Assembly (NCBI GenBank): GCA_965223335.1
Contig: OZ244991.1
Coordinates: 1,632,001-1,696,000, forward strand
Length of the DNA stretch: 64,000 nucleotides
From: Thermodesulfobacteriota bacterium
GTDB taxonomy: Bacteria; Desulfobacterota_D; UBA1144; Nemesobacterales; UBA2774
Direction: 5' to 3'
Shown here: in pieces, positions 11,600-22,399 of the stretch
Layout: each line of letters starts with the position of its first letter
Position numbering within the stretch: the stretch's first letter is position 1
Made by a program: the position numbers and the translations under genes
Notes under the pieces: generated by a model
What the model was told of the DNA's origin: nothing
What the model saw: the letters and a program-made list of their open reading frames with translations, nothing else
Databases searched by the model: none

Positions 11600-12080
11600 C
11601 TCGTCTTCCTTAGTATTATATGTTCTCCTATCCATACTATTTATAGCTCTTCAGACCACACTAATATCGCCCAGGTATTTCGGCTACGCTTACCCCGATC
11701 TAAACCTCATACTTATTGTTTACCTTGCAATATATTCCGAGGCGCGGGGCACAGCCCTAATAGCTTTGGGCAACGGGTTTATGATGGATGTGCTCACCGG
11801 CAATATGCTCGGTGCCTTCACGTTCTCAAGGTTTAGCGCCTATGTGCTGCTAAAAAGCATCTCACATCATGTATACATGAAGAGGGCCAGTGCCAAGGGT
11901 GCCGCTTTATTTCTAAGTACTATCTTTTCTGAGCTATTTATTTGGGCTATACTGGCAATTAAGCAACGAAACCTAAACGTGGAGATGGATGGTATTATTA
12001 TCCAGGCGGTTGTAAACACATTAATTGGGCTGCCCATATTTTGGGCTATAAACAAAGTAGATGCAAGATTACAGAAGTAG
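11592..12080 (+). CDS. mreD: Rod shape-determining protein MreD
   Basis: Hydrophobic 162 aa with PDL.LI motif, between mreC and mrdA. Confidence 0.88.
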   Translation: MNNSSSLVLYVLLSILFIALQTTLISPRYFGYAYPDLNLILIVYLAIYSEARGTALIALGNGFMMDVLTGNMLGAFTFSRFSAYVLLKSISHHVYMKRASAKGAALFLSTIFSELFIWAILAIKQRNLNVEMDGIIIQAVVNTLIGLPIFWAINKVDARLQK

Positions 12081-13872
12081 ACTAGTAATTGCGACTATCG
12101 TATTGATTCAGGCGTTTTTGATACTGGGGGGAAGGCTTTGGTACCTCCAGATATTTAAGGGCGCTGAATACGAGAAATTCTCCAGAGACAACAGGATCAG
12201 TATAGAGAGGGTCCCGGCACCTAGGGGAAGGATCTTGGACAGAGAGGGTAGGGAGCTTGTTGTGAACCGCTCTTCGTTCGATGTGTATGTACTGCCCAAG
12301 GAGGTAAGTGATCCGGATCAGGTAGCTGCCTCACTGGCACCTGTGCTCAATGTCGAACCCAAGACGATTAAGAAACAGATTTTGGATGCCGGGAAAAAAG
12401 ACAGGTTCCAAACCCACCGCATAGCACAGGACATTAACCGTGACCAGCTTGCGTATATCGAGGCCCGCAAGAGCTCATTAAAAGGTGTACAGATCCTTGT
12501 AAACAGCATCAGACAGTACCCCTACGGTAACCTGGGAGCTCAGATCATAGGCTATCTGGGCAAGGTGAGCCCACAAGACCTGCGCGCAAACCCGGGGATG
12601 TCGGGCTCGGATTTCGTCGGCAAGAGCGGGGTGGAAAAAGGGTGGGAGACCTACTTGCGAGGGGACGACGGCTACATACAATCGGTAACCGACGCTCTGG
12701 GCAGAGAGGTGGAATCCGCACTATTTCAAAAGGACCTTATTAAGAAAAACAGTCTACCTGGCAACGATGTGGTGCTCACGATTGATATAAATTTACAGAG
12801 GGCCGCAGAAGAGGCCCTGGGTACCCAAAACGGCTCTATCGTGGTGGTAAACGTAAATAACGGCAACGTGCTGGCACTGGCCAGCAAGCCCACATTTACA
12901 CCCGAGGAATTTATAAACGGCATCAAAAAAGAGAAGTGGGATAAATTATTGAAAGATAAATCCTACCCGCTGGTTAACCGGAGCACACAGGGGCTCTATG
13001 CCCCGGGCTCGGTGTTCAAAATAGTGCCAGCGGCCGCTGCATTAAAAGAAGAGCTTGTTACCACAGATACCTATATCCACTGCCCGGGATATCATAAGGT
13101 GGCTGAACATACGTTTAGGTGTTGGAAACGAAGTGGGCACGGCTGGATGAACCTCCACGACGCCATGGTCGAGTCATGCGACGTCTATTTTTACAAAGTA
13201 GCCGAGAAGCTTGGTATAGACCGACTCCACCGCTATATGAAAGGGTTTGGGTTCGGGGAGTACACGGGCATAGGCATAGAAGAGAGAAAGGGCTTAGCGC
13301 CCAGTAGAGAGTGGAAGAAGCAAAAGCTCAACAAACCCTGGTACAAGGGCGAGACAGTCGTAAGTTCAATAGGTCAGGGCTATGTAAATGTTACCCCGCT
13401 TCAGGTTACGATGATGACCGCGGCAGTTGCAAACGGCGGGGTGCTTCTAAAGCCCTCGATCGTAAAAAGGGTCGTGGATTACAAGAGTGAAAACAAGGTC
13501 GAATACAGTGCCAAGGCCAATAAATACATCCCCGTAGGTAGTGAAATAACCCAGACATTAAGGGATGCTCTAACGGGTGCGGTGAATGATCCGGGAGCTA
13601 CAGGACGGAGGGCTTGGCTTCCTCATGTAAAAGTAGCGGGCAAGACCGGGACGGCCCAGGTCATCTCGTTAGATACAAAAAGCAATGTAAACAGACACAG
13701 GGATCACGCATGGTTTACATCATATGCACCTGCCCAGGAGCCCGATATCGCTGTTACGGTAATAGTTGAGAACGGGGGCAAGGGTGGGGAGGTAGCGGCA
13801 CCCATTGCAAGGGATATTATTAAGTTTTATATGAAACTAAAGCGAGAGGGCTACTTCGATGATAATGTTTGA
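12061..13872 (+). CDS. mrdA: Penicillin-binding protein 2
   Basis: PRGRILDR, GSVFK (SxxK), SCD (SxD) and KTGTAQ motifs. Confidence 0.96.
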   Translation: MQDYRSRLVIATIVLIQAFLILGGRLWYLQIFKGAEYEKFSRDNRISIERVPAPRGRILDREGRELVVNRSSFDVYVLPKEVSDPDQVAASLAPVLNVEPKTIKKQILDAGKKDRFQTHRIAQDINRDQLAYIEARKSSLKGVQILVNSIRQYPYGNLGAQIIGYLGKVSPQDLRANPGMSGSDFVGKSGVEKGWETYLRGDDGYIQSVTDALGREVESALFQKDLIKKNSLPGNDVVLTIDINLQRAAEEALGTQNGSIVVVNVNNGNVLALASKPTFTPEEFINGIKKEKWDKLLKDKSYPLVNRSTQGLYAPGSVFKIVPAAAALKEELVTTDTYIHCPGYHKVAEHTFRCWKRSGHGWMNLHDAMVESCDVYFYKVAEKLGIDRLHRYMKGFGFGEYTGIGIEERKGLAPSREWKKQKLNKPWYKGETVVSSIGQGYVNVTPLQVTMMTAAVANGGVLLKPSIVKRVVDYKSENKVEYSAKANKYIPVGSEITQTLRDALTGAVNDPGATGRRAWLPHVKVAGKTGTAQVISLDTKSNVNRHRDHAWFTSYAPAQEPDIAVTVIVENGGKGGEVAAPIARDIIKFYMKLKREGYFDDNV

Positions 13873-14983
13873 CCGCAGGTTGCTAAGCAACTACGGCTGG
13901 TCACTCTTATTGATGATTTTATTGTTTGCTGGCGTGTCTCTGATAAACCTCTACAGCGCCTCATTCCAAACAGGCCTCGGTGTGTTTAAAAAGCAGTTGA
14001 TATGGGTCGGTATAGGTGTAGTCGGTATGATTTTTGTGTCGTTCCTTAACTATAGGATGTTTGAACGCTACGCGCTGTATATATATGGTATATCCATTCT
14101 ATCGCTTGTATTGGTGCTATTGCTCGGCAAACAGGTCGCAGGGGCAAAAAGCTGGTTACAGATCGGGGCATTTGCAACTGTGCAGCCGTCTGAGTTTGCA
14201 AAGCTGGCTGTGATAATAGTCATGGCCCGTCTCTACGACAGGGACTATCAAAACGATGCCTACGGGATTTTGGATTTGATAAAACCTCTCGGATTTGTAC
14301 TGCTGCCTCTAGTGCTTGTCATGCTGCAGCCCGATTTGGGGACAGCACTTGTATTGGTGCTTATTGCTGCTAGCATGCTTGTGTTTATGGGTATTAAGAG
14401 GACCACGTTGGCAATAGTTTTGGTCTGCGTAGTCAGTCTCTCATTCCCGACTTGGCAGTACTTCCTCAAGGATTATCAGAAGGACAGGATTAAAACGTTC
14501 TTAGACCCCTCGCGCGACCCCCTGGATGCGGGCTACAACGCTATACAGTCACAGATAGCTGTGGGCTCTGGGAAGTTTGCCGGCAAAGGGTTTACAAAAG
14601 GCTCACAGACCCAGCTCCGCTTTATACCGGCCCAGCAGACCGACTTCGTGTTCTCTGTGTTTGCCGAGGAGTGGGGTTTTATGGGTGGGATATTCGTACT
14701 CCTATTGTATTTCATCATAATCCTCTGGATACTCGATGCGGCTAGCAGGGCAAAGGATAAGTTCGGGATGCTCGTCTGTTTCGGTGTGGCCTCGATGTTC
14801 TTTTGGCATATGGTCATAAACATCGGTATGGTGATCGGGCTCCTGCCGGTCACAGGGGTCCCGCTATTGATCATGAGCTATGGAGGCTCGTCCGCACTCA
14901 CTGCCATGCTAGGCATTGGACTCGTGTTGGCTGTAAAAGCAAGAAAATCGCCAATGTCAGCAAACCTGATCGAACTCAAGTAA
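13859..14983 (+). CDS. rodA: Rod shape-determining protein RodA (SEDS)
   Basis: QPSEFAK, QPDLG, TDFVF..FAEEWG and SYGGS motifs. Confidence 0.96.
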   Translation: MIMFDRRLLSNYGWSLLLMILLFAGVSLINLYSASFQTGLGVFKKQLIWVGIGVVGMIFVSFLNYRMFERYALYIYGISILSLVLVLLLGKQVAGAKSWLQIGAFATVQPSEFAKLAVIIVMARLYDRDYQNDAYGILDLIKPLGFVLLPLVLVMLQPDLGTALVLVLIAASMLVFMGIKRTTLAIVLVCVVSLSFPTWQYFLKDYQKDRIKTFLDPSRDPLDAGYNAIQSQIAVGSGKFAGKGFTKGSQTQLRFIPAQQTDFVFSVFAEEWGFMGGIFVLLLYFIIILWILDAASRAKDKFGMLVCFGVASMFFWHMVINIGMVIGLLPVTGVPLLIMSYGGSSALTAMLGIGLVLAVKARKSPMSANLIELK

Positions 14984-15956
14984 CTCTACGTTTATTAAGT
15001 TGCGAGATATCGGGTATACCCCCCAGACTCTCTGCGGTCTCGATTGCGCGCATTATAGAGTGCTCTATCAGCTCCGCGGCCACAACCCCCACAGCGTTTG
15101 CGTCCGAGGGCTCCTCCCCGCATGATATTGCAAACACCACGTCCCCGTCTGCCACTGTGTGAACTGGCGAGACCACCCTTGCCATCCCGGTCTGTCCGAT
15201 CCCTGCAATCCTCATAAGCTCGTTTTTAGAGAACTCTGCATTGGTAGCTATAACGGCAAGTGTAGTGTTGATCGGGTCGTCTGCCCTTTGGGTTATCCCC
15301 TGTTTAATCAGGTTAACGGTGCCCGGGAAATCCACGCCGTCGGGTGAGTTCCTAACACCTGCGATAACCTCGCCTGTGTTGTTAGAGATAACATCCCCAA
15401 ACGCATTTACAACCACAAACACCCCCACATAAACGTCAGAGTCGTTGATTCTATGGCTCATGGTCCCCACGCCTGATTTCGTAGCATGACTGATTCCAAG
15501 CAACTTGCCCACGGTTGCACCTGTACCCACACCCACACTGCCCTCGGCTACAGCTTGAGACGACGCATTCACACAAGCGCTATAGCCCATATCTGCATCG
15601 GGCCTGACCGAGCCGTCCCCTATGCCCAAGTCAAATATCACCGCGGTGGGCACAGATGGTACTACTTGGCCATAGCCGACATCGAGTCCGATCTTTTTTT
15701 CTTCGAGGTATCGCACAACCCCGCTCGATGCATCGAGCCCAAAAGCACTACCGCCCGTAAGCAGTATTGCATTTATTCTTCCATAGGTGTTGTGTTGCAG
15801 GAGCGAGTCGATCTGTCGGGTGCTGGTACCCCCACCCCTTAGGTCTGCTGCCCCTGTTGCAGGGGTCTCAGAGATTATTACTGTGCATCCGGTGACCGAA
15901 TCCGGATCACTGGCGTGTCCGACTCTGATTCCAGGCACATCGGTGATAGAACCCAT
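14976..15956 (-). CDS. Peptidase family S58/P1 (DmpA-like)
   Basis: ITDVPGIRVGH, TGCTV, LTGGSAFGL, NTTLAV and DGD.VFA motifs. Confidence 0.9.
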   Translation of the reverse strand: MGSITDVPGIRVGHASDPDSVTGCTVIISETPATGAADLRGGGTSTRQIDSLLQHNTYGRINAILLTGGSAFGLDASSGVVRYLEEKKIGLDVGYGQVVPSVPTAVIFDLGIGDGSVRPDADMGYSACVNASSQAVAEGSVGVGTGATVGKLLGISHATKSGVGTMSHRINDSDVYVGVFVVVNAFGDVISNNTGEVIAGVRNSPDGVDFPGTVNLIKQGITQRADDPINTTLAVIATNAEFSKNELMRIAGIGQTGMARVVSPVHTVADGDVVFAISCGEEPSDANAVGVVAAELIEHSIMRAIETAESLGGIPDISQLNKRRVT

Positions 15957-16223
15957 ACCTAAATTCTAATTTATTCGGAGCATTTGCCAAATTCCCCCCG
16001 CCATTATACTAAGTGTATAAGCACTCTTGACACATAGACTCAATCGGCTAAAATCATGCACGTTTTGTTGATATCCGAGTAAATAGAATGTATCTACCCA
16101 TAAAAAGGTTAATTAATTTAAACTTTTTCAATCCCTGATTATATGAGAGTAGAGACCCGGGTTACATGAGCATTGATATCAAAATATTGTTTGTTTAATT
16201 GAATTAAGTTTTGCTAGGGTATT

Positions 16224-17066
16224 ATGGTGACTACAGGTCAAATGAAATCCGATATTCTCATAATTAATACGCTGCTCTTTGCAGTTGTAGCACTTTTTTT
16301 AACTACGCAATTTTCCCTTGCAATTACCGATGCCAGGAAAGTAAAGAATGTGGGGATTAATGAAAATCTGGGTCAGATTGTTCCGTCCGATATAGAGTTA
16401 TTAGACGGGGATAACACGAGAGTACAGTTGGGAGACTATCTTGGGGACAAACCCCTGGTGCTTAACCTTGCTTACTATAACTGCCCGAGGATTTGCTCGT
16501 TGGGTACCGACGGTTTGGCCGAGGTTGTGAACTCAACACCTACTTTAAGCGCTGGAGAGGATTATAATCTGCTCACGGTAAGCTTTGACCCCGAGGACAC
16601 CCCCCAGGATGCGAAATCCAGGGCATCTAAATATAAATTGAGTGAAGATGATATGGACTGGAGTTTTTTAGTCGGCAACAGTGCCGAGATTAAGAGACTC
16701 ACATCTGCGCTTGGGTTTAACTACATGAAGGACGGAGAGGAATTTGCACACCCCTCCGCTATTTTTGTGCTCACACCAGACGGCGAAATATCACGTTATC
16801 TATATGGTATTGAGTACAGCCCAACCGATTTCAAGCTCGCTTTGGTCGAGGCCTCCGAGGGTGAGATAGGCCCGTCCAAGATAATGAACCAGGTGCTTTT
16901 GTTTTGCTACGGATTTGACCCTATAGGCAAGCGGTATGCATTAAAAGCCCTAAATGTAGTGAAAGCAGCGGGTGTCGTTACACTTATAAGTCTAGGCGGA
17001 TTTTTAACGTTTTTTTGGAGACGAGAAAAGAACGATTCTGATAGTTACGGAGGTTCTAAGGACTGA
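16224..17066 (+). CDS. SCO family copper chaperone
   Basis: CPRIC (CxxxC) and conserved His (FAHP); first gene of the cox cluster. Confidence 0.92.
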   Translation: MVTTGQMKSDILIINTLLFAVVALFLTTQFSLAITDARKVKNVGINENLGQIVPSDIELLDGDNTRVQLGDYLGDKPLVLNLAYYNCPRICSLGTDGLAEVVNSTPTLSAGEDYNLLTVSFDPEDTPQDAKSRASKYKLSEDDMDWSFLVGNSAEIKRLTSALGFNYMKDGEEFAHPSAIFVLTPDGEISRYLYGIEYSPTDFKLALVEASEGEIGPSKIMNQVLLFCYGFDPIGKRYALKALNVVKAAGVVTLISLGGFLTFFWRREKNDSDSYGGSKD

Positions 17067-18007
17067 TGACCTGGATTCCTGAAGTTGCATCTAATCTTGC
17101 AGGCAAAGTAGACGGAGTGCTTATGTTTATCACGGCACTTACCCTCGTGTTTTTTGTTCTTATATCGGTTCTCCTGGTCTATTTTGCAGTAAAGTACAGA
17201 AGAAGAAGCGATAATGACGAGACCCCTTATATTACAGGCAACGAGACTCTCGAAATCATATGGACACTTGTTCCCACAGTTTTACTGATCTGTATTTTTA
17301 TCTATGCGTTTGTTGTCTATAAAGATATGCGGACTGTCCCTGCAGATGCAGTAGAGGTAACCGTTACAGGAAAGCAGTGGTTATGGGAGTTTGAGTACTA
17401 CAACGGCAAAAAAGACATAAATAGACTTGTAGTCGAACAGAACCGGCCTGTTAGGATGGTCATGAGGTCTGATGACGTGCTACACAGCTTCTATGTGCCC
17501 GGGTTTAGGGTAAAGCAGGATCTGCTGCCCGGCCGCTACACTCAGCTTTGGTTTACACCCACAAAGGTGGGTACGTTCAAACTGTTCTGTGCCGAGTACT
17601 GTGGTACTGCACACTCAAACATGCTGGCCGAGGTGGTTGTTATGAGCCCCGAGGCCTATGATATTTGGGAAAAAGGCGTAGGTGTCGACGACGACGAGGC
17701 TGTGGCAGATGCTAAGCCCACTGCAGAGCTGGGCGAGAAGGTATACACACAAAAGGGTTGTAATGCGTGCCACAGCATTGACGGCAGTGTGGTAATAGGG
17801 CCTAGTTTCAAGGGGCTTATAGGTAGGTCCACAACACTTGATGATGGCACTACTATTACAGCGGATGAAAACTATATAATGCAGTCGATAATCGAGCCCC
17901 AGTCACAGATAGTAGAGGGTTTTCAGCCCATTATGCCGGCGTTTAAAGGCAACATTACAGATAAAGAAGTAGATGCATTAATAGCTTATATAAAAACACT
18001 AAAGTAA
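17066..18007 (+). CDS. coxB: Cytochrome c oxidase subunit II with fused cytochrome c
   Basis: CuA ligands DVLHS...CAEYCGTAHSNM; C-terminal CNACH heme c motif. Confidence 0.96.
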   Translation: MTWIPEVASNLAGKVDGVLMFITALTLVFFVLISVLLVYFAVKYRRRSDNDETPYITGNETLEIIWTLVPTVLLICIFIYAFVVYKDMRTVPADAVEVTVTGKQWLWEFEYYNGKKDINRLVVEQNRPVRMVMRSDDVLHSFYVPGFRVKQDLLPGRYTQLWFTPTKVGTFKLFCAEYCGTAHSNMLAEVVVMSPEAYDIWEKGVGVDDDEAVADAKPTAELGEKVYTQKGCNACHSIDGSVVIGPSFKGLIGRSTTLDDGTTITADENYIMQSIIEPQSQIVEGFQPIMPAFKGNITDKEVDALIAYIKTLK

Positions 18008-18035
18008 CGATTGATAGTTAAGGAGGGGTTTGTTC

Positions 18036-19649
18036 ATGGCAAATCATACGGTTGCCGAACCTGTTTATGTTCCGTTTCTTGAGAAAAAGGGGATAGCCTC
18101 TTGGATCTTATCCACTGATCATAAGCGTATCGGGATCATGTATCTGGTCTCGATCATATTGTTCTTTATTGTCGGTGGAGCGTTGGCCATGCTCATGAGG
18201 TACGAGCTCCTTACCCCTGCCCAGGACCTTGTTAGTGAGCACACATACAATGTTCTATTTACATTGCATGGATCAATAATGGTCTTTTTCTTTATCATCC
18301 CGGGTCTTGCGGCCAGTTTCGGCAATTTTTTAATACCCCTTATGATAGGTGCGCCCGATGTGGCGTTCCCTAAGTTGAATTTGGGGAGTTATTGGATCTA
18401 TTTGTTGGGTGCTGTGATTGTTCTCATAGCATTGTTAAGCCCTGCAGATACAGGTTGGACGTTTTACACCCCTTATAGCGCGCAGACCGATACCGACGTT
18501 GTGTTGATTACATTCGGGGTCTTTGTGCTAGGGTTTTCATCGATTCTGACCGGACTTAATTTTATCGTTACAATACACAAGATGCGTGCGCCGGGGATGA
18601 CTTGGCACAGGTTGCCACTGTTTATCTGGGCCTCTTACGCCACGGCTATATTACAGCTCTTAGCGACCCCAGTTGTGGGTATAACACTCTTGTTGCTCAT
18701 AACCGAGAGGACGCTCGGAGTAGGGTTTTTCGACCCGGCAAAGGGCGGGGACCCGGTACTGTTCCAAAACTTTTTCTGGTTCTATTCTCACCCCGCCGTT
18801 TACATCATGATTATCCCGGCAATGGGCGTGATTTCCGAGATAATACCTGTGTTTGCACGTAAGCCCATTTTCGGCTATAAAGCGATTGCTTATTCCAGTT
18901 TAGGGATCGCGTTCATAAGCTTTTTGGTATGGGCACACCACATGTTTACAGCGGGAATTTCCGAGCTTGCGGCCACAATATTTTCGTTCCTCACGTTCCT
19001 GGTTGCTATACCTACCGCGATCAAGGTGTTTAACTGGATAGCGACTCTGTATAAGGGCTCTATTGAGCTTCACTCCGCTATGCTCTATTCGCTGGGTTTT
19101 CTATTCTTGTTCACCATTGGTGGGCTTACCGGGCTCTTCCTGGGTGCTTTAGCCTCCGATATACACCTTCACGACACATACTTTATTGTTGCTCATATGC
19201 ATTACGTTATGGTCGGCGGCACTGTAATGGGATTCATTGGGGCGCTTCATTTCTGGTACCCAAAATGGTTTGGCAAGATGTTCAACGAATCGGTTGCCAA
19301 GGTTGCCTGGTTTCTCATCTTCGTTGGTTTTAACGTTACATTTTTCCCGCAGTTCTTCCTAGGGATTCAGGGTATGCCCAGGCGCTATGCGACCTACCCC
19401 GAGGAGTTCGAGTCATTGATGGCGCTTTCCACATACGGTTCGTGGATCCTAAGCATTGGGTTTATATTGATGTTGTGGAACCTGGTTTCCGGCTTGTTCA
19501 GTGGAGAAAAAGCACCGGATAATCCATACAAATCGCTGTCTTTAGAGTGGCAGGTACCCTCACCCCCGCCGCACGAGAATTTTGACGAGATACCAAAGGT
19601 GACGGACTGGACTTACGGATACGGAAAAAAGAGCGGGTCGGAGGCTTAA
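18036..19649 (+). CDS. coxA: Cytochrome c oxidase subunit I (A2 type)
   Basis: [22 protein letters not shown] and HDTYF.VAHMHY motifs; AGGAGG before ATG 18036. Confidence 0.97.
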   Translation: MANHTVAEPVYVPFLEKKGIASWILSTDHKRIGIMYLVSIILFFIVGGALAMLMRYELLTPAQDLVSEHTYNVLFTLHGSIMVFFFIIPGLAASFGNFLIPLMIGAPDVAFPKLNLGSYWIYLLGAVIVLIALLSPADTGWTFYTPYSAQTDTDVVLITFGVFVLGFSSILTGLNFIVTIHKMRAPGMTWHRLPLFIWASYATAILQLLATPVVGITLLLLITERTLGVGFFDPAKGGDPVLFQNFFWFYSHPAVYIMIIPAMGVISEIIPVFARKPIFGYKAIAYSSLGIAFISFLVWAHHMFTAGISELAATIFSFLTFLVAIPTAIKVFNWIATLYKGSIELHSAMLYSLGFLFLFTIGGLTGLFLGALASDIHLHDTYFIVAHMHYVMVGGTVMGFIGALHFWYPKWFGKMFNESVAKVAWFLIFVGFNVTFFPQFFLGIQGMPRRYATYPEEFESLMALSTYGSWILSIGFILMLWNLVSGLFSGEKAPDNPYKSLSLEWQVPSPPPHENFDEIPKVTDWTYGYGKKSGSEA

Positions 19650-20255
19650 ATGTCACACGCAGATACAGAACACGCACACGTACATCAAATGGACCCGGCA
19701 GTTGAGTACAGCTCATCAAAGCTAGGAATGTGGCTATTCCTGGGTACAGAGGTTCTTTTATTCGGGGGGCTCTTTGCGGCCTATGCGATTTTTAGGGCAC
19801 GTTACCCCGAGGTGTTCATCGAGGACCACAAGGAACTAAATCGTATAATGGGAGCTGTGAACACATGCGTACTTATATTCAGTAGTTTGACAATGGCTAT
19901 GGGTGTGTCTGCGATTAAAAAGGGCAAACAAAAAGCGGCTGCATTATTTCTGCTGATCACAATAATATGTGGGCTTGGTTTCGGTGTGGTTAAGTATTTT
20001 GAGTACGGGGCAAAGTTTGCACACCATATCTACCCGGACACAAGTATTTTCTTTTCTCTATACTTTCTAATGACTGGGCTTCACATGCTCCACGTCTTTG
20101 TCGGTATAGCGATACTTGTGGTACTTTTAGTATTAACGGTTAAGGGGAAATTCAGCTCCTCGTATAACACGCCTATTGAGGTCGGGGGTTTGTATTGGCA
20201 CCTTGTAGATTTAATATGGATTTATTTATTTCCGCTATTGTATTTGATCGGTTGA
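19650..20255 (+). CDS. coxC: Cytochrome c oxidase subunit III
   Basis: GMWLFL.TE, TGLH.LHV and YWHLVD.IW motifs. Confidence 0.95.
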   Translation: MSHADTEHAHVHQMDPAVEYSSSKLGMWLFLGTEVLLFGGLFAAYAIFRARYPEVFIEDHKELNRIMGAVNTCVLIFSSLTMAMGVSAIKKGKQKAAALFLLITIICGLGFGVVKYFEYGAKFAHHIYPDTSIFFSLYFLMTGLHMLHVFVGIAILVVLLVLTVKGKFSSSYNTPIEVGGLYWHLVDLIWIYLFPLLYLIG

Positions 20256-20271
20256 ACGGAGGTATTATCAA

Positions 20272-20580
20272 ATGACAACAGATGCTCATGCACATGAAGA
20301 ACATGTAACTGGGTACACGACTTATGTAATTGTGTGGATTATACTCATGGTACTCACGTTTATTACGGTTTACGTGTCGTATATAGATTTCGGCATGTTA
20401 AACGTAGTGATTGCAATGGTTGTTGCGTCTATAAAAGCATCGATTGTCGCTCTTTATTTTATGCATCTTAAGTTCGAGGACTCGATTACATGGGTGTTCG
20501 CACTTTTCCCCCTCACTCTGCTCGCTCTACTTATAGGGATGACTATACTCGACACTTTCACAAGGGTAGTTGTTCCCTAA
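20272..20580 (+). CDS. Cytochrome c oxidase subunit IV
   Basis: Three TM helices, KA..V..YFMHL motif; synteny. Confidence 0.9.
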   Translation: MTTDAHAHEEHVTGYTTYVIVWIILMVLTFITVYVSYIDFGMLNVVIAMVVASIKASIVALYFMHLKFEDSITWVFALFPLTLLALLIGMTILDTFTRVVVP

Positions 20581-20589
20581 GAATTCTCT

Positions 20590-21444
20590 ATGGTAGGCAA
20601 GATAGCTGTCTCACTTTTAGTACTCCTTTTGATCTGGGGTAACCTTGTGGCAGGTCTTAAGTACGGGCTTGCCTGTCCCGATTGGCCCCTTTGTCATGGC
20701 AAGGTGCTCCCACCGTTGCGCTGGGATATTTACATGGAGTTTATGCACCGTGTAATAGGTGGCGTCACATCTATTTTTTTAGTCATACTTGCCTACAAGC
20801 GGCTTCGGGCCTACAAGGGTGGGGCTAAATCGATACCGGTCATCATGGTCCTGCTGCTTCTGCTGCAAATATTTGTGGGGGGATTTGTTGTGTTATTGGG
20901 GCTCCCTGTGGATTTGACCACGTTTCATTTTGCAAATGCCATAATCATATTTGTACTCACACTGTATATGGTGTATTTCGACGGTGTTAGCTGGACCCCT
21001 GTCTTCAGTGCTGCGGGGGTTTCGGCTGTGTTTTTCTTTTTGAGTCTGCTTGTAGTGGTTCAGTTGGTCCTGGGTGCATATGTAAGGCATTCCGAGGCCG
21101 GGCTTGCATGCCCCGATTTCCCGACCTGTTTAGGGTTCTGGGTGCCGCCCAATCTAGCGGGCATAGTGCTCAATCATTTTGCCCACCGCACGCTCGCATA
21201 TATAATCACATTGTGTGTGCTGGGTCTCGTAGCAGCCTCTTTGTCTTACCAATCGTTAGCTGCTTACCGCAACCGTATATACATTGTACTCGGACTCATT
21301 TTGGTACAGATACTTTTGGGTGTAGCAGTCGTGCATACGAAACTCTATTTCGCAGTGACTGCAGTACACCTTGCGGTAGCACTTTTAATCCTGGGAGTAC
21401 TCTTAGACACCTGGTTTCGGGTCATTGCAAAAAGTAGTGTATAA
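20590..21444 (+). CDS. ctaA: Heme A synthase (COX15/CtaA)
   Basis: GLACPDWPLC, EFMHR, second GLACPDFPTC and conserved His residues. Confidence 0.92.
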   Translation: MVGKIAVSLLVLLLIWGNLVAGLKYGLACPDWPLCHGKVLPPLRWDIYMEFMHRVIGGVTSIFLVILAYKRLRAYKGGAKSIPVIMVLLLLLQIFVGGFVVLLGLPVDLTTFHFANAIIIFVLTLYMVYFDGVSWTPVFSAAGVSAVFFFLSLLVVVQLVLGAYVRHSEAGLACPDFPTCLGFWVPPNLAGIVLNHFAHRTLAYIITLCVLGLVAASLSYQSLAAYRNRIYIVLGLILVQILLGVAVVHTKLYFAVTAVHLAVALLILGVLLDTWFRVIAKSSV

Positions 21445-21481
21445 TCTCAATTAATTATCCGGGCCCGGGGATCTGTCAGTC

Positions 21482-22393
21482 ATGGAACACGTAGAAAGAG
21501 CACCTTCTAAAATAGTAGTATCCACTATACTGCTTTCTAAACCGGGCATAATTCTTAGCGTAGCCTTTACCGGATTTGCGGGGATGGTCGTTGCCTACGG
21601 GGGAGTGCCGTCGGTGGGCAGTATTGCGCTTGTTATAGTTTCACTGCTACTAAGCGCGGCCGGGTCGGCGATCCTTAACAACGTACTAGACGAGCAGATC
21701 GACCAATCAATGGAACGTCTCAACAAGCGTGTAGAGGCGCTTCACGCCGTGGGCAATAAAACCGCCGTAATAATTGCAAGCGTTTTTATAGCTATCTCGC
21801 TCTTTATAGCCTACTTCTATATCAATCTCGTCTTTACCGTTTTAACAGTTGCCGCGATTGTAAGCTATACGTTTCTATACACCCTCTATCTCAAACGCAG
21901 CTCCCCCTATGGGACTATCCTGGGCGGGCTACCGGGAGCACTGCCGGTTTTGATAGGCTATTCAGCGGTAAGCCCTGCTATCCGCCTAGATGGGGTCATA
22001 TTGTTTATATTTATGATGCTGTGGCAACCCCCTCATTTTTGGGCACTGGCCCAGAAGTACAGGCTCGATTACAAAAAGGCCGGGATCCCTGTAATGCCGG
22101 TTGTATTCGGTGCTGAATACACCAACATCATGATCCTGCTCTATTCGCTTGCACTACTGCCGCTCACACTCTGTCTTTCATTTCTTGACTACTGCTCAAA
22201 CTACTTTGCTGTAGTAGCTATAGCACTCGGTTTTTATTTCGAGTTTGTGATAATAAGGAGCGCCATTACAAACTCAGGTTATGGTAAGGCCTTCGGGGTC
22301 TCTATCATATACATGCTCGGTATCATGATGGCGTTGATACTCGATATGATTCTAAATCCTAACAATGCCGTCGTAATTGCAATACTCTCATAG
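21482..22393 (+). CDS. ctaB: Protoheme IX farnesyltransferase (heme O synthase)
   Basis: KP, D..ID..M.R, YT..LKR, WQPPHFWAL and DY..AG.P motifs. Confidence 0.95.
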   Translation: MEHVERAPSKIVVSTILLSKPGIILSVAFTGFAGMVVAYGGVPSVGSIALVIVSLLLSAAGSAILNNVLDEQIDQSMERLNKRVEALHAVGNKTAVIIASVFIAISLFIAYFYINLVFTVLTVAAIVSYTFLYTLYLKRSSPYGTILGGLPGALPVLIGYSAVSPAIRLDGVILFIFMMLWQPPHFWALAQKYRLDYKKAGIPVMPVVFGAEYTNIMILLYSLALLPLTLCLSFLDYCSNYFAVVAIALGFYFEFVIIRSAITNSGYGKAFGVSIIYMLGIMMALILDMILNPNNAVVIAILS

Positions 22394-22399
22394 TGCCCA

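Noticed and set aside
16885..16910. TGAACC-N14-TGCTAC on the + strand, a near match to the ECF motif upstream of coxB
   Set aside because: Lies inside the SCO coding region (MNQVLLFCY) and lacks the WT and WHAC extensions shared by the six other sites; a one-mismatch hit is plausible by chance in 64 kb.
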